Source of the DNA: Puniceicoccales bacterium
GTDB taxonomy: Bacteria > Verrucomicrobiota > Verrucomicrobiia > Opitutales > LL51
DNA: 32,000 bases
Direction: 5' to 3'
Assembly (NCBI GenBank): GCA_031283585.1
Contig: JAITBP010000002.1
Span: 2,373-34,372 of the forward strand
Positions 1 to 8,568 of the stretch are shown one piece after another (within the stretch, counting starts at the first letter, position 1; the number at the start of each line of letters is the position of its first letter). The position numbers were made by a program, and so were the translations under genes. Below the pieces are notes generated by a model. That model searched no databases and was not told where the DNA came from. It saw nothing but the letters and a program-made list of their open reading frames with translations.

Positions 1-1
1 A

Positions 2-430
2 GAACTGGTAATCATAAGCTCAAAAATGTCGAAATTATATGGCAACAAAGAGATAGATCCTTTTGAATTAGAAAATATGGCTTTTGTAAAATTTTTACAA
101 AATTCACCTAATCGGAATATAATCGATAACATACTCAGTTCAAACAACATAAATACTCGAACATCCACAGAATTCGATAATATAGATTTGATAAAATGTG
201 CCGTTGAAGCCAATCTCGGACCATCGATCGTCCCGATTTCTTCGGTATATATGGAACTGGATAAACAGGTGTTTTACTGTTCGAGGATAAAGGATACAAA
301 AATGCCATGCGTGTTGTCGTTTTTTTATAAAAAAGACAGTTATGTAACATCAGCAATGAACGTATTTTTCGCTATATTGAAGGGAGACATCAACTTCCTG
401 CACATTGGCAACACTCTTGAAGATAGCTAA
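2..430 (+). CDS. LysR-family transcriptional regulator, C-terminal substrate-binding part (5' end outside the window)
   Basis: The frame is open from the window edge (ELVIISSK precedes the ATG at 26). The stretch FDNIDLIKCAVEANLGPSIVPISSV resembles the LysR effector-domain motif (..lv.aGlGi.ilP..). Stop TAA at 428-430. Confidence 0.55.
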   Translation, partial: ELVIISSKMSKLYGNKEIDPFELENMAFVKFLQNSPNRNIIDNILSSNNINTRTSTEFDNIDLIKCAVEANLGPSIVPISSVYMELDKQVFYCSRIKDTKMPCVLSFFYKKDSYVTSAMNVFFAILKGDINFLHIGNTLEDS

Positions 431-447
431 GCGAAAACAAGCCAACC

Positions 448-1128
448 ATGAAAAATAGCAATGGACACAGACAAAACCTGCGAGAAAGATTTCTGAAGGC
501 CGGCTTTGATTGTTTTGCAGAACATGAAATTCTAGAGCTGCTATTAACATTATGCATTCCAAGAAAAGATGTTAAGACCCAGGCCAAGGAATTACTACAA
601 CGGTTCGGCTCGTTAAGTGAGGTTTTAGATGCTGATATTGAAAAATTGCAGGAAATAAAAGGCATAGGTAAAACCACGGCCATCGCCCTCCATATTATAA
701 GGAACGCCGCCGCGCTGTACTTGCAAAAATCGGCGGAAAACACCAGGGTAAAATTCGACACAACCTCAAAATTGGAAAATTTTTGGCAAATAAGGATTGG
801 CCATTTAAACCACGAAGTGTTCGAGGTCGCCTACTTGGATAAGCAGTTGCGTCTGCTCAGGAACGGAATAGAAAGAATAGAAGAGGGAATCATCGACCGA
901 GCTAACGTATTCCCTCGCAAGATAATAGAACATTCCATAAGAAAAGGAGCCTGCGGAATTGTTCTCGCGCATAATCACCCATCCGGCTCGGAACGGCCAT
1001 CGGTCTCCGATGAGCGCATAACCAAATCCATCGTGTACATATGCAATTCACTTTGCATTCGCGTCCTAGACCATATAATAGTCGCTCGAAATTCGGTATT
1101 TTCGTTTAGAAGAGCCAACTTGTTGTAG
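448..1128 (+). CDS. radC: RadC-like JAB/MPN-domain protein
   Basis: N-terminal HRQNLRERF..G...F.EHEILELLL and HhH-like GIGKTTA. C-terminal JAB motif AHNHPSGSERPSVSD is intact. Length 226 aa is typical. Confidence 0.9.
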   Translation: MKNSNGHRQNLRERFLKAGFDCFAEHEILELLLTLCIPRKDVKTQAKELLQRFGSLSEVLDADIEKLQEIKGIGKTTAIALHIIRNAAALYLQKSAENTRVKFDTTSKLENFWQIRIGHLNHEVFEVAYLDKQLRLLRNGIERIEEGIIDRANVFPRKIIEHSIRKGACGIVLAHNHPSGSERPSVSDERITKSIVYICNSLCIRVLDHIIVARNSVFSFRRANLL

Positions 1129-1149
1129 TTAAACATCTTAGTATTTTAT

Positions 1150-1506
1150 TCAAAAGGCACTTTTCCTTCTAATCAGGTTATCCACATAATCTCTCAGCTC
1201 TTCCAGCTGGGACCTTGGCCTATGGGATAATAAATCGGTCACCCGATCCAAAAAGTCTGCGGGAGAATAATTTGCAGTCTCGAGCAGGTATAGCAAAATG
1301 CCATCTCGATGGATACGGTAGGATTTCCTTTTCTCCATGCCTTTCGGAGTCCGGCCGTTGGCCACGTGGCCAAGGATTTTTTGGTTATCAAAGGCATCCC
1401 GAACGTATTGGTCTGTCTTACCTATTATTGATGCCATCTCCTTGGGCGAAAACCAGTTTTGGTGCGGAACCATAAATCCAAAATGATTATTATCGTTAAC
1501 ATTCAT
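1150..1506 (-). CDS. Small DNA-binding protein, excisionase/AlpA/MerR-like HTH
   Basis: 118 aa. FSPKEMASIIGKTDQYVRDAFDNQKILGHV...YRIHRDGILLYL fits the HTH_17-type pattern. An AAGGATG Shine-Dalgarno-like sequence sits 5 nt upstream of the ATG, and the gene lies 9 nt after the upstream small ORF. Confidence 0.5.
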   Translation of the reverse strand: MNVNDNNHFGFMVPHQNWFSPKEMASIIGKTDQYVRDAFDNQKILGHVANGRTPKGMEKRKSYRIHRDGILLYLLETANYSPADFLDRVTDLLSHRPRSQLEELRDYVDNLIRRKSAF

Positions 1507-1515
1507 ATTTCATCC

Positions 1516-1740
1516 TTATAAAAAAAATTTATCACATAACCCTGACATGGACAGTTTTATGGCCCTGATATTGCGATCCACTTTTCCGAGGGCAGCAGCA
1601 TACTCGCGAAGTTTTGTTGCAGTGGTTTTATTTGGGATAAAGTCAGCAATAATGTCATATAATTCGACCCTATCGCTGACTTTTTCAGATTCCAGTTTCG
1701 TAAGAATATACTCGATTAACTTATATACTGGGTCTTTCAT
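1516..1740 (-). CDS. Hypothetical 74-aa protein, first gene of a two-gene minus-strand unit
   Basis: Clean ORF that is tightly coupled to the downstream HTH gene. I recognise no family. Confidence 0.4.
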   Translation of the reverse strand: MKDPVYKLIEYILTKLESEKVSDRVELYDIIADFIPNKTTATKLREYAAALGKVDRNIRAIKLSMSGLCDKFFL

Positions 1741-1818
1741 TTCATCTTTTGGTTCTATGAATTGGGCAGTTCACAGATATAAATCTATCACCTATTGATT
1801 TATTGAGGATAGAACTAA

Positions 1819-1884
1819 TTGCTAAAAAACAAATTATTGTTATCATATCTCTCTATGATATGTAATTTTTACACTTTTTAGCAA
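1819..1884. promoter_or_regulatory. Nested imperfect palindrome with candidate interdigitated divergent promoters/operator
   Basis: Outer arms are TTGCTAAAAA (1819-1828) and TTTTTAGCAA (1875-1884). Inner arms are TATCATA (1841-1847) and TATGATA (1854-1860) with a 6-nt spacer. Each arm reads TTGCTA-16/18 nt-TATCAT on its own strand, facing the XRE gene (+) and the 74-aa gene (-). Confidence 0.4.
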
Positions 1885-1921
1885 AAATCAAACAAATTCT
1901 ATCTTTAAGTAGAAAAATTTT

Positions 1922-2407
1922 ATGAAGCACAAAAGAATAAGGGACAGTAGCTTCGGGCTAAGATTCAGGATATTGCTTGGGTATCATAACCTAACGCTTA
2001 GAGACATAAGCGAAGCAACTGGTGCAGCTGTCTCCACTGTCAGCACATGGAAAAATGGAAGAATTCCATCTTCCGAAAAAATTCTAGAAAAAATTGCAAA
2101 ATTATTCCATGTAACCAAGGAATATCTGACAAACGGTCATAACTGGGACTCCTATGCCGAACGGCCTGTGGCTAAATTGAATGAAATCATTAAGGAAATA
2201 GCCGGATCCGAGGCCAAGAAATGTGACAAAGAAAGCTTGAGAGCCAAAATAGAAAAACACTTTTCCGAATACTTGAACCGGGCTGAAACAACACGTTACG
2301 GCTTGGAACATACATGGATAGAGATCACGAAACGTTTTCCACTCAGCTTTTTTGATGACATTCCTCCTGGACACGACAGATTAGCCGATGAGGATGAAAA
2401 GTTTTAG
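1922..2407 (+). CDS. XRE-family HTH transcriptional regulator with a ~90-aa C-terminal extension
   Basis: FGLRFRILLGYHNLTLRDISEATGAAVSTVSTWKNGRIPSSEKILEKIAKLFHVTKEYL is a classic Cro/CI-type HTH_3 pattern. Confidence 0.75.
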   Translation: MKHKRIRDSSFGLRFRILLGYHNLTLRDISEATGAAVSTVSTWKNGRIPSSEKILEKIAKLFHVTKEYLTNGHNWDSYAERPVAKLNEIIKEIAGSEAKKCDKESLRAKIEKHFSEYLNRAETTRYGLEHTWIEITKRFPLSFFDDIPPGHDRLADEDEKF

Positions 2408-2492
2408 AAATTAAAAGTTTTTGATAAAAAATCTGAACATATCAAAAAATTTAACGTCTCATATAATGTGAGGGAGAAATTCTCTCGTGTTC

Positions 2493-3335
2493 CTAAAGTT
2501 TAGTTTTATTCCTCGGATCGTCGCTAGTCGTCGGTCCGTAGTTTTTTACAATACAGCTAGCGATTTTTAAAGCTGACCCGTATTGCAACACTTCGCCCCG
2601 GGCATTTTCTTTCATAAATAGCTTACCTCCAGGCATTTCGACAATGACGTCATTTCCACAGATGTTCAACTTTTTTGATACGGCAAAGGCGGCACAGGCA
2701 CCACTGCCAGAGGCCAGGGTATAGCCCACACCGCGTTCCCATATCTGTATCTGTATCAATGAGTTCGATATCACCTTCAGGAATTGCACATTGGTCCGCC
2801 GAGGGAACAGTGGCAATCTTTCCACCAGTGGGCCGATCCTTTTTGTATTATCAACATCGAGATCATCCACATAGATCACGCAATGGGGATTTCCAAAGGA
2901 CAGGGCATGCAACTCTACCACTTGACCATCAATGTGTTGCAAAAAATCTGCCGGAGCAGGAATGTTTGTGTCGCTGAACCTCGGCCTTCCCATATTCACA
3001 CATATTTCATCGCCAAATTTACTGCACCTAGACTCACCTGATGGCGTAGTTATAACCAGCTCGTCCGCCGACGTAATTCCTTCGTCCCAAACGAATTTCG
3101 CGAATATCCTCAGGCCGTTACCACTCTTCTCGGCAACGCTAGCATCCGGATTGAATATCTCAAGCTTGAACCTGTTGTCACCGAGTCTGTTACCGATCAG
3201 TACTCCGTCAGAGCCAATGCCATAATGACTGTCACAGACGGTCCTTATGGTGGGAGCGTCCAACCCCCTGCCATCCTCATCTCTAAATATCAAGTAGGCA
3301 TTCCCGAGGGCCTGATATTTTTCAAACATCAACAC
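2493..3335 (-). CDS. dapF: Diaminopimelate epimerase homolog (DapF fold) with Ser at both catalytic Cys positions
   Basis: Collinear with E. coli DapF as I recall it: ALGNAY (GLGNDF), FNPDASVAEKSGNGLRIFAKF ([21 protein letters not shown]), FGNPHCVIYVDD (MGNPHCVIQVDD), WERGVGYTLASGSGACAAFAV ([21 protein letters not shown]). The start may be the Met at 3329. Confidence 0.8.
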   Translation of the reverse strand: MLMFEKYQALGNAYLIFRDEDGRGLDAPTIRTVCDSHYGIGSDGVLIGNRLGDNRFKLEIFNPDASVAEKSGNGLRIFAKFVWDEGITSADELVITTPSGESRCSKFGDEICVNMGRPRFSDTNIPAPADFLQHIDGQVVELHALSFGNPHCVIYVDDLDVDNTKRIGPLVERLPLFPRRTNVQFLKVISNSLIQIQIWERGVGYTLASGSGACAAFAVSKKLNICGNDVIVEMPGGKLFMKENARGEVLQYGSALKIASCIVKNYGPTTSDDPRNKTKL

Positions 3336-3422
3336 GATTGCGGGTTATAACCGCCACAAAAATGCTTGGCAACCAAAATATATTTGTTGCTAATGGGCTC
3401 TGTCGCTATTCATTACGAAACA

Positions 3423-4706
3423 ATGAAAATATTTCTACCGGATTTTCCATTTTCTTCAAAAAATTTTACATTTTTCTATGGTTGGATGATTTTATTCGTC
3501 TCGACGATGGCAAAACTGGCAAGTCTTCCTGGGCACGTCGCCGGAATATGCGCATTTATAGAACCATTGATGAGCAGGTTGTGCATCAGCAGGAACGGCA
3601 TAAGCACAATTTATGCGATTTGTTCCATCCTGTCAGTGTCTTTTTTGCCATTTTTTGGCAGCAAATGCGATAGGATTGGGCCACGCAAAGCTCTGACAAT
3701 TACATTGGCCTCTTTCGGGTTCTCTATGTTGTTGCTAGGGTTAATACTTAGCGAACACATACCATTAATACATCTGTCAAAAATTCTAAACATTACAATC
3801 CTGTCCCTTGGCGTTTTTGCACTTAAGTTCTTTGGTCAGAACCTGATACCAATGTTCAGTAGAATAATTCTACTTAATTGGTTTGAGAAAAAAAAATGCA
3901 TAATGTTGGGTATCTCTGGCATATTTTTATCCATCGGCTTTGGCATCGCTCCAAGTTTATTTAACTCGTTGATAGACAATGTTGGAATAGAATTTTCCTG
4001 GATAATAATCGCTGGCCTGATCCTGCTGGTCTTTACGCCAATCATATGGTTGTTCGGGCGAGACCACCCTGCGCAATTTGCCCTAACCCTGGATGGAGGC
4101 GAGTCCAACGAGAAAATCTGTCCAGACAAAGACATCTATCAGGCCATAAAATCCCCAGCATTTTGGCTGTTTACATTGGCCGGATCGATGGTCACGCTCC
4201 TAGGAACGGGGATACAATTCCATGTGGTCGACATCTTCCGGGAGTTTGGTTATGAAAAACAAAACGCGTTTAATTTTTTTAAACCTGTCTCCCTGGTGAG
4301 CGCACTTATGAGTCTAATATTCAGCTGGTTACAAGACAAAGTATCCCTGAAATACGGACTAATGTTATCATTTTTAATACAGATTTTATTATTAACAACG
4401 CTGGAATTCGGCAAAACCGATCTTGCCTACTATCCTCTCGTATTTTTCATGGGGTGCAACTACGGGATGTACACCATCATGCTGTCAGCACCCTGGGCAA
4501 GATTGTTCGGCCGCAAGCACTTAGGAAACATAATTGGCTTTGTTTCCCTAAGCGTTTCGATATTTAATGCCGTTAGCCCATACCTTATGAGCCTGTCAAA
4601 ATCCATATTTTCAACCTATTTGATCGCCACGAGATGCTTCATGGTTCTGGCCATAATCCTATTTTTGGCATCGATATTTTTTACAAAAGCATCGGATATG
4701 GACTGA
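3423..4706 (+). CDS. MFS transporter
   Basis: About 12 hydrophobic segments and an MFS motif-A-like GSKCDRIGPRK after TM2. The ORF track starts at a TTG (3366). I prefer the ATG at 3423, but the start is uncertain. Confidence 0.75.
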   Translation: MKIFLPDFPFSSKNFTFFYGWMILFVSTMAKLASLPGHVAGICAFIEPLMSRLCISRNGISTIYAICSILSVSFLPFFGSKCDRIGPRKALTITLASFGFSMLLLGLILSEHIPLIHLSKILNITILSLGVFALKFFGQNLIPMFSRIILLNWFEKKKCIMLGISGIFLSIGFGIAPSLFNSLIDNVGIEFSWIIIAGLILLVFTPIIWLFGRDHPAQFALTLDGGESNEKICPDKDIYQAIKSPAFWLFTLAGSMVTLLGTGIQFHVVDIFREFGYEKQNAFNFFKPVSLVSALMSLIFSWLQDKVSLKYGLMLSFLIQILLLTTLEFGKTDLAYYPLVFFMGCNYGMYTIMLSAPWARLFGRKHLGNIIGFVSLSVSIFNAVSPYLMSLSKSIFSTYLIATRCFMVLAIILFLASIFFTKASDMD

Positions 4707-4732
4707 GCTAATTTTTTGGATTATATATAGAT

Positions 4733-5923
4733 ATGTACGAAAACCTTAGTTTTAAAATCACGCACACAGACAGTTCTTCCTGGGCACGATGCGGGTTACT
4801 TAAAACACCGCACGGCACCCTGGAGACCCCGAATTTTATCTTTTGCGCAACAAAAGGCGCCATGAAATCCCTTACAACGCAACAGGTTAAAGAAGCAGGT
4901 GCGGATATAATACTGTGCAACACCTATCATCTTTTCTTGCAACCCGGCGGCGGCTTTGTTCAAAAACACGGCGGGTTACATAAGATGTTGAATTGGAACG
5001 GCCCAATGCTCACCGATTCGGGAGGATTCCAAATATTTAGCTTTGGTCACGGCGGGATTAGCGCCGAACTCAAGGGAACTAGCAATCAAGCCAGACCGAA
5101 AACACTTCTCAAAATAGATGAAACCGGCGCGACATTCCGATCCTATGTGGATGGCCAGGTTCGTGTTCTGACACCGGAGGCGTCGATAAAAACCCAGTGC
5201 CAGCTCGGCGCTGACATAATTCTGGCGCTGGACGAATGTGCTCCGATCCGCGCGGATAAAAGCTACAACGAGCGTTCGATGAACCTGAGCCATCGCTGGG
5301 AACTGCGGTGCCTCGGTGAGTTTAAAAAATACGATACATCGATGCAGGCCCTGTATGGTGTAATCCAAGGTGGTGTGTATGAAGATCTTAGAAAACTAAG
5401 TGCGGAATTCGTCCGCAGCAACGACTTCTTCGGCCAGGCCATAGGCGGAAGCCTCGGAAAATCAAAAGCCCATATGCATGAAATTATAAGACTTACATGT
5501 CAACACATTGATAAGCAAAGACCTACGCATCTTCTTGGCATAGGAGGAATGAGCGATATCATCAATGGCATCGCCGGCGGGATAGATACCTTCGATTGCG
5601 TTCATCCGATGAGATTGGCCAGACATGGAGGCGCACTTCTTGAACCACAACATTGTGATGGAAAAGAGTTTATCAACATCAAGAATTCTAAATTCTCTGG
5701 AGATCTATCGCCAATTCAGGAAAACTGCAGCTGCTATTGCTGTAAAAATTTTACCAAAGCCTATATTCATTATCTGTTCAAAGCAAAAGAACTTCTTGGA
5801 GGCCAACTACTTGCAATACATAATACGGCGTTTATGAGCAACTTCTTAAAAGAAATAAGGGCAGCGATAAAAGCCGGAGCATTTGGCTCTATCATGAAAA
5901 GGTGGAATATTGTTGCACCCTGA
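4733..5923 (+). CDS. tgt: Queuine tRNA-ribosyltransferase (tRNA-guanine transglycosylase)
   Basis: TPNFIF..TKGA, NTYHL, TDSGGFQ, LDEC, GIDTFDCVHPMRLARHG and the zinc site CSCYCC...HN are all present. Confidence 0.92.
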   Translation: MYENLSFKITHTDSSSWARCGLLKTPHGTLETPNFIFCATKGAMKSLTTQQVKEAGADIILCNTYHLFLQPGGGFVQKHGGLHKMLNWNGPMLTDSGGFQIFSFGHGGISAELKGTSNQARPKTLLKIDETGATFRSYVDGQVRVLTPEASIKTQCQLGADIILALDECAPIRADKSYNERSMNLSHRWELRCLGEFKKYDTSMQALYGVIQGGVYEDLRKLSAEFVRSNDFFGQAIGGSLGKSKAHMHEIIRLTCQHIDKQRPTHLLGIGGMSDIINGIAGGIDTFDCVHPMRLARHGGALLEPQHCDGKEFINIKNSKFSGDLSPIQENCSCYCCKNFTKAYIHYLFKAKELLGGQLLAIHNTAFMSNFLKEIRAAIKAGAFGSIMKRWNIVAP

Positions 5924-6985
5924 TCAATCTACCGATATCTCTTGACCGGAGAAGAACTTACGTAATATCTTTGCACGCATGATATCGCGAAACTCTGGCA
6001 GAGCAGCTTCATCGGAAAACACCATCAGGTGGCCTTTTTGGATTTCCAGCATATACCTATCTATGCCGTTTCGATAGGACAACGGCAAAATTTCTCGCTC
6101 CGAAGCCAGCCTCATCCAGGATAAAAGCTCGAAAGCTTCACTACCTCCGATCTTGTAGCAGGATCGCAAAATTCCGTAGGCTCTGCAAATTTTGTCCAAA
6201 ATAAAAGACCTCGCCGACTTGAATATCCTGTCTCTCGCCAAATTTTCATGTTCCGTAACTGTCTTAGCCACATGCTCCATTTTCATTATTATGTCCTGTT
6301 CAGACAACCCCAGCGTGTGTTGATTCGACAGCTGAAAAATGTTACCGAAAGCGTTCGTGCCCTCGCCCAGAACGCCCCTGACCGTAACACCGATCTTATT
6401 GAGCGCACCTATGGTATGCTGAATTTGCTTATCTATCACCAGGCCAGGGAGATGCATCATGACCGAAGCCCTCATCCCGGTGCCAATATTTGTCGGGCAG
6501 GCGGTCAAATAACCAAGCCTTTTGTCAAAAGCAAAATCGCCGCCATCTAGATTGTCATCGATCGCACCTATAACAGTCCAAAGGGCCTTCAATCCCATGC
6601 CACCTCTAAGTGCTTGTATACGAAGATGATCTTCCTCATTTACCATGATCGAAATGGTCTGATCATTGCTGCAAGCCACGCAGGCACTGGGCAGCGACAG
6701 CTCCTTGCTTATGATATAATGTTCGCATAGGGCAAGTTTTTCATGGTCTTTCAACTCATTGATCCTGAAAAAAACACCGTCACTTAACTGCTTCAGTTTA
6801 ATTAACTTAGACTCCGCCACCGAGGCAATACTATCACGCTCTGCATCGCTGGCCCAATGCGGAAATCTATGGCTAATCAGGTTTCGCGCCAGCCTGATTC
6901 TTGAGCTCAAAACCACATCCTTTTGCTGGCCAACGTCGCCAAAAAATTTACCACTACTCAGCAAAAACTGTTTTACACTTTTCAT
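5924..6985 (-). CDS. mcsB: Protein arginine kinase McsB (ATP:guanido phosphotransferase family)
   Basis: SSRIRLARNL..FP, CPTNIGTGMRASVM.HLP and a C-terminal dimerisation-like region. The ATG at 6983-6985 overlaps the mcsA stop (TGATG). The track's first codon at 6988 is TTG. Confidence 0.9.
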   Translation of the reverse strand: MKSVKQFLLSSGKFFGDVGQQKDVVLSSRIRLARNLISHRFPHWASDAERDSIASVAESKLIKLKQLSDGVFFRINELKDHEKLALCEHYIISKELSLPSACVACSNDQTISIMVNEEDHLRIQALRGGMGLKALWTVIGAIDDNLDGGDFAFDKRLGYLTACPTNIGTGMRASVMMHLPGLVIDKQIQHTIGALNKIGVTVRGVLGEGTNAFGNIFQLSNQHTLGLSEQDIIMKMEHVAKTVTEHENLARDRIFKSARSFILDKICRAYGILRSCYKIGGSEAFELLSWMRLASEREILPLSYRNGIDRYMLEIQKGHLMVFSDEAALPEFRDIMRAKILRKFFSGQEISVD

Positions 6986-7482
6986 CAAAATTGCGACCTC
7001 AACTGGTCCCTTAGTTTTGCTGCATCTTCAAATCGTTCTTCTGCTATCGCCCGTTTCATGGCCTCTTCAAGGGATTCCCGTGAATCATTCAAGTTGGTAT
7101 TCAAAGACTTATCATCCATATGGCCAGGAATTTTTCCAATATGCTTCGTACTTTTTTGCAAATTTTCGATGGTTTTTATCATGAAATCATACATCCCTGA
7201 GTAACATTTCGGACAGCCAACAAACCCGGTTTCTTTATAATTTGACAGCGAAAAACCACAGCCATCGCAGCTGCAAACCGGACTAAAAGATAGCGCTTGC
7301 ATCTTGCTGATCAGTGCACTGCCAATATTCTTAAGTATCGATAAATGAGGAACATCTGACTCAAATATGCCACATTTCTGGGCACAGGCATTGCACAAAG
7401 ATATCTCCTGCATGCTGTCGTTCACAATCTGCGTCATCTGCACCATCGCAGGGTTTCCACAAAGGTAACATTTACTATCCAT
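6985..7482 (-). CDS. mcsA: McsA-like activator (zinc-finger and UVR-motif protein)
   Basis: Four CxxC pairs (CYLC, CNAC, CDGC, CPKC) and a C-terminal UVR-like motif FEDAAKLRDQL. I prefer the start at 7482 (MDSKCYLCG) over the upstream ATG at 7521, which adds a hydrophobic leader. Confidence 0.75.
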   Translation of the reverse strand: MDSKCYLCGNPAMVQMTQIVNDSMQEISLCNACAQKCGIFESDVPHLSILKNIGSALISKMQALSFSPVCSCDGCGFSLSNYKETGFVGCPKCYSGMYDFMIKTIENLQKSTKHIGKIPGHMDDKSLNTNLNDSRESLEEAMKRAIAEERFEDAAKLRDQLRSQF

Positions 7483-7530
7483 GACTACCGATAATATGAC
7501 CCGTAAAATTAATGCAATCAATCAAAATCA

Positions 7531-8565
7531 TTATTGTTTTAACTTACTGATAGCCTTCATGTTAAGGTAATAACGATAGACACCGTTCACAATTGCCAAC
7601 GCGGTCTTTTCTAGATTACCCTGTGCCGTAAACAGCCTAGCAACAGTGTCATTTGAAAGAAACTCCACCTCCACAAGCACTCCCGGACAGCTGAGACCTT
7701 TCAAAACACCAAACCTGGCATGCTTGACCCCGCGATCATCGAATTTTAATCGCTGCTTCATCGAATACAGCATTGAATAGCCAGCAACCGTGTTCCAATG
7801 ATCAAACCGGTTTCCCGGCAGAGCTATTGAATCAGAAGTCGTTTTCTTAGAACTAGAAGAAGATGGCTGCCCCGGCGGAGTCAATGTAAAAATTTCCACA
7901 CCTCTCACGGATTTAGTATTGGCCGAATTGAAATGTATGCTCAAAAAAAGATCTGCTTTTGCCCTGTTTGCCGCATTCACCCTATCGGCCAACTCCAGGT
8001 GAGCATCGCTGTTCCTTGTAAGGATCGCATTGAATCCCAATGTCTTAAGTTCAGTCTGCACAATCTTTGCAACGGCCAGGGTTAAATTTTTTTCTTCCAA
8101 CTTATAACCGCGATTAGTCGTACCACTATCCCTGCCACCATGGCCAGGATCGATAACAATGGTCTTTAATCCGGGAACGGAATTTGCGATGGATCTAGGA
8201 GCAAACATCGGCTGGACATATAACTTGTAATCGTCTATGGCGATATATAACTTTTTCTGTTGCAAGAGGATAGGGCTGCCAATAAAAATTTTACAATCGT
8301 TATAATAGAAATACCTATCCTTCGAAACAAACTTTGCCGATATGTCGGACTTGGAAATGGTCGCACTGTAATTGGATGAACAAATTTTAGCATCCAAATC
8401 CTTTGCCACGGAGTCCAGCGTAACATACTCTGTCCCAGCGCTTTTTATGCAGACCAACCCAGGTTTTTGACCCACGTCGGCCCGGAACAGCTTCCCCTGG
8501 CAATTTATGACAAAAACCAGGCAGATAATAACAACAAAAGTGGACAATAACAGACGAACGGACAT
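7531..8565 (-). CDS. N-acetylmuramoyl-L-alanine amidase (Amidase_3), secreted
   Basis: N-terminal signal-like segment, then IVIDPGHGGRDSGT, LSIHFNS and VLVEVEFLSN (Zn-ligand motifs of the AmiA/B/C type). Confidence 0.88.
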   Translation of the reverse strand: MSVRLLLSTFVVIICLVFVINCQGKLFRADVGQKPGLVCIKSAGTEYVTLDSVAKDLDAKICSSNYSATISKSDISAKFVSKDRYFYYNDCKIFIGSPILLQQKKLYIAIDDYKLYVQPMFAPRSIANSVPGLKTIVIDPGHGGRDSGTTNRGYKLEEKNLTLAVAKIVQTELKTLGFNAILTRNSDAHLELADRVNAANRAKADLFLSIHFNSANTKSVRGVEIFTLTPPGQPSSSSSKKTTSDSIALPGNRFDHWNTVAGYSMLYSMKQRLKFDDRGVKHARFGVLKGLSCPGVLVEVEFLSNDTVARLFTAQGNLEKTALAIVNGVYRYYLNMKAISKLKQ

Positions 8566-8568
8566 AGG

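Noticed and set aside
3338-3673. TTG- or upstream-extended and alternative-frame ORFs at several gene starts (3338/3366, 11870, 16001, 20063, 22383, 31321)
   Set aside because: The extensions begin at TTG or add residues with no homology, while in-frame ATGs further in give N-termini that match family expectations. Starts remain uncertain by tens of nt.
4707-4732. Riboswitch or leader elements upstream of tgt, the MFS gene or dapF (preQ1 or lysine type)
   Set aside because: The spacers are only 26 and ~87 nt, and I could not see the conserved helices or loops of those riboswitch classes.
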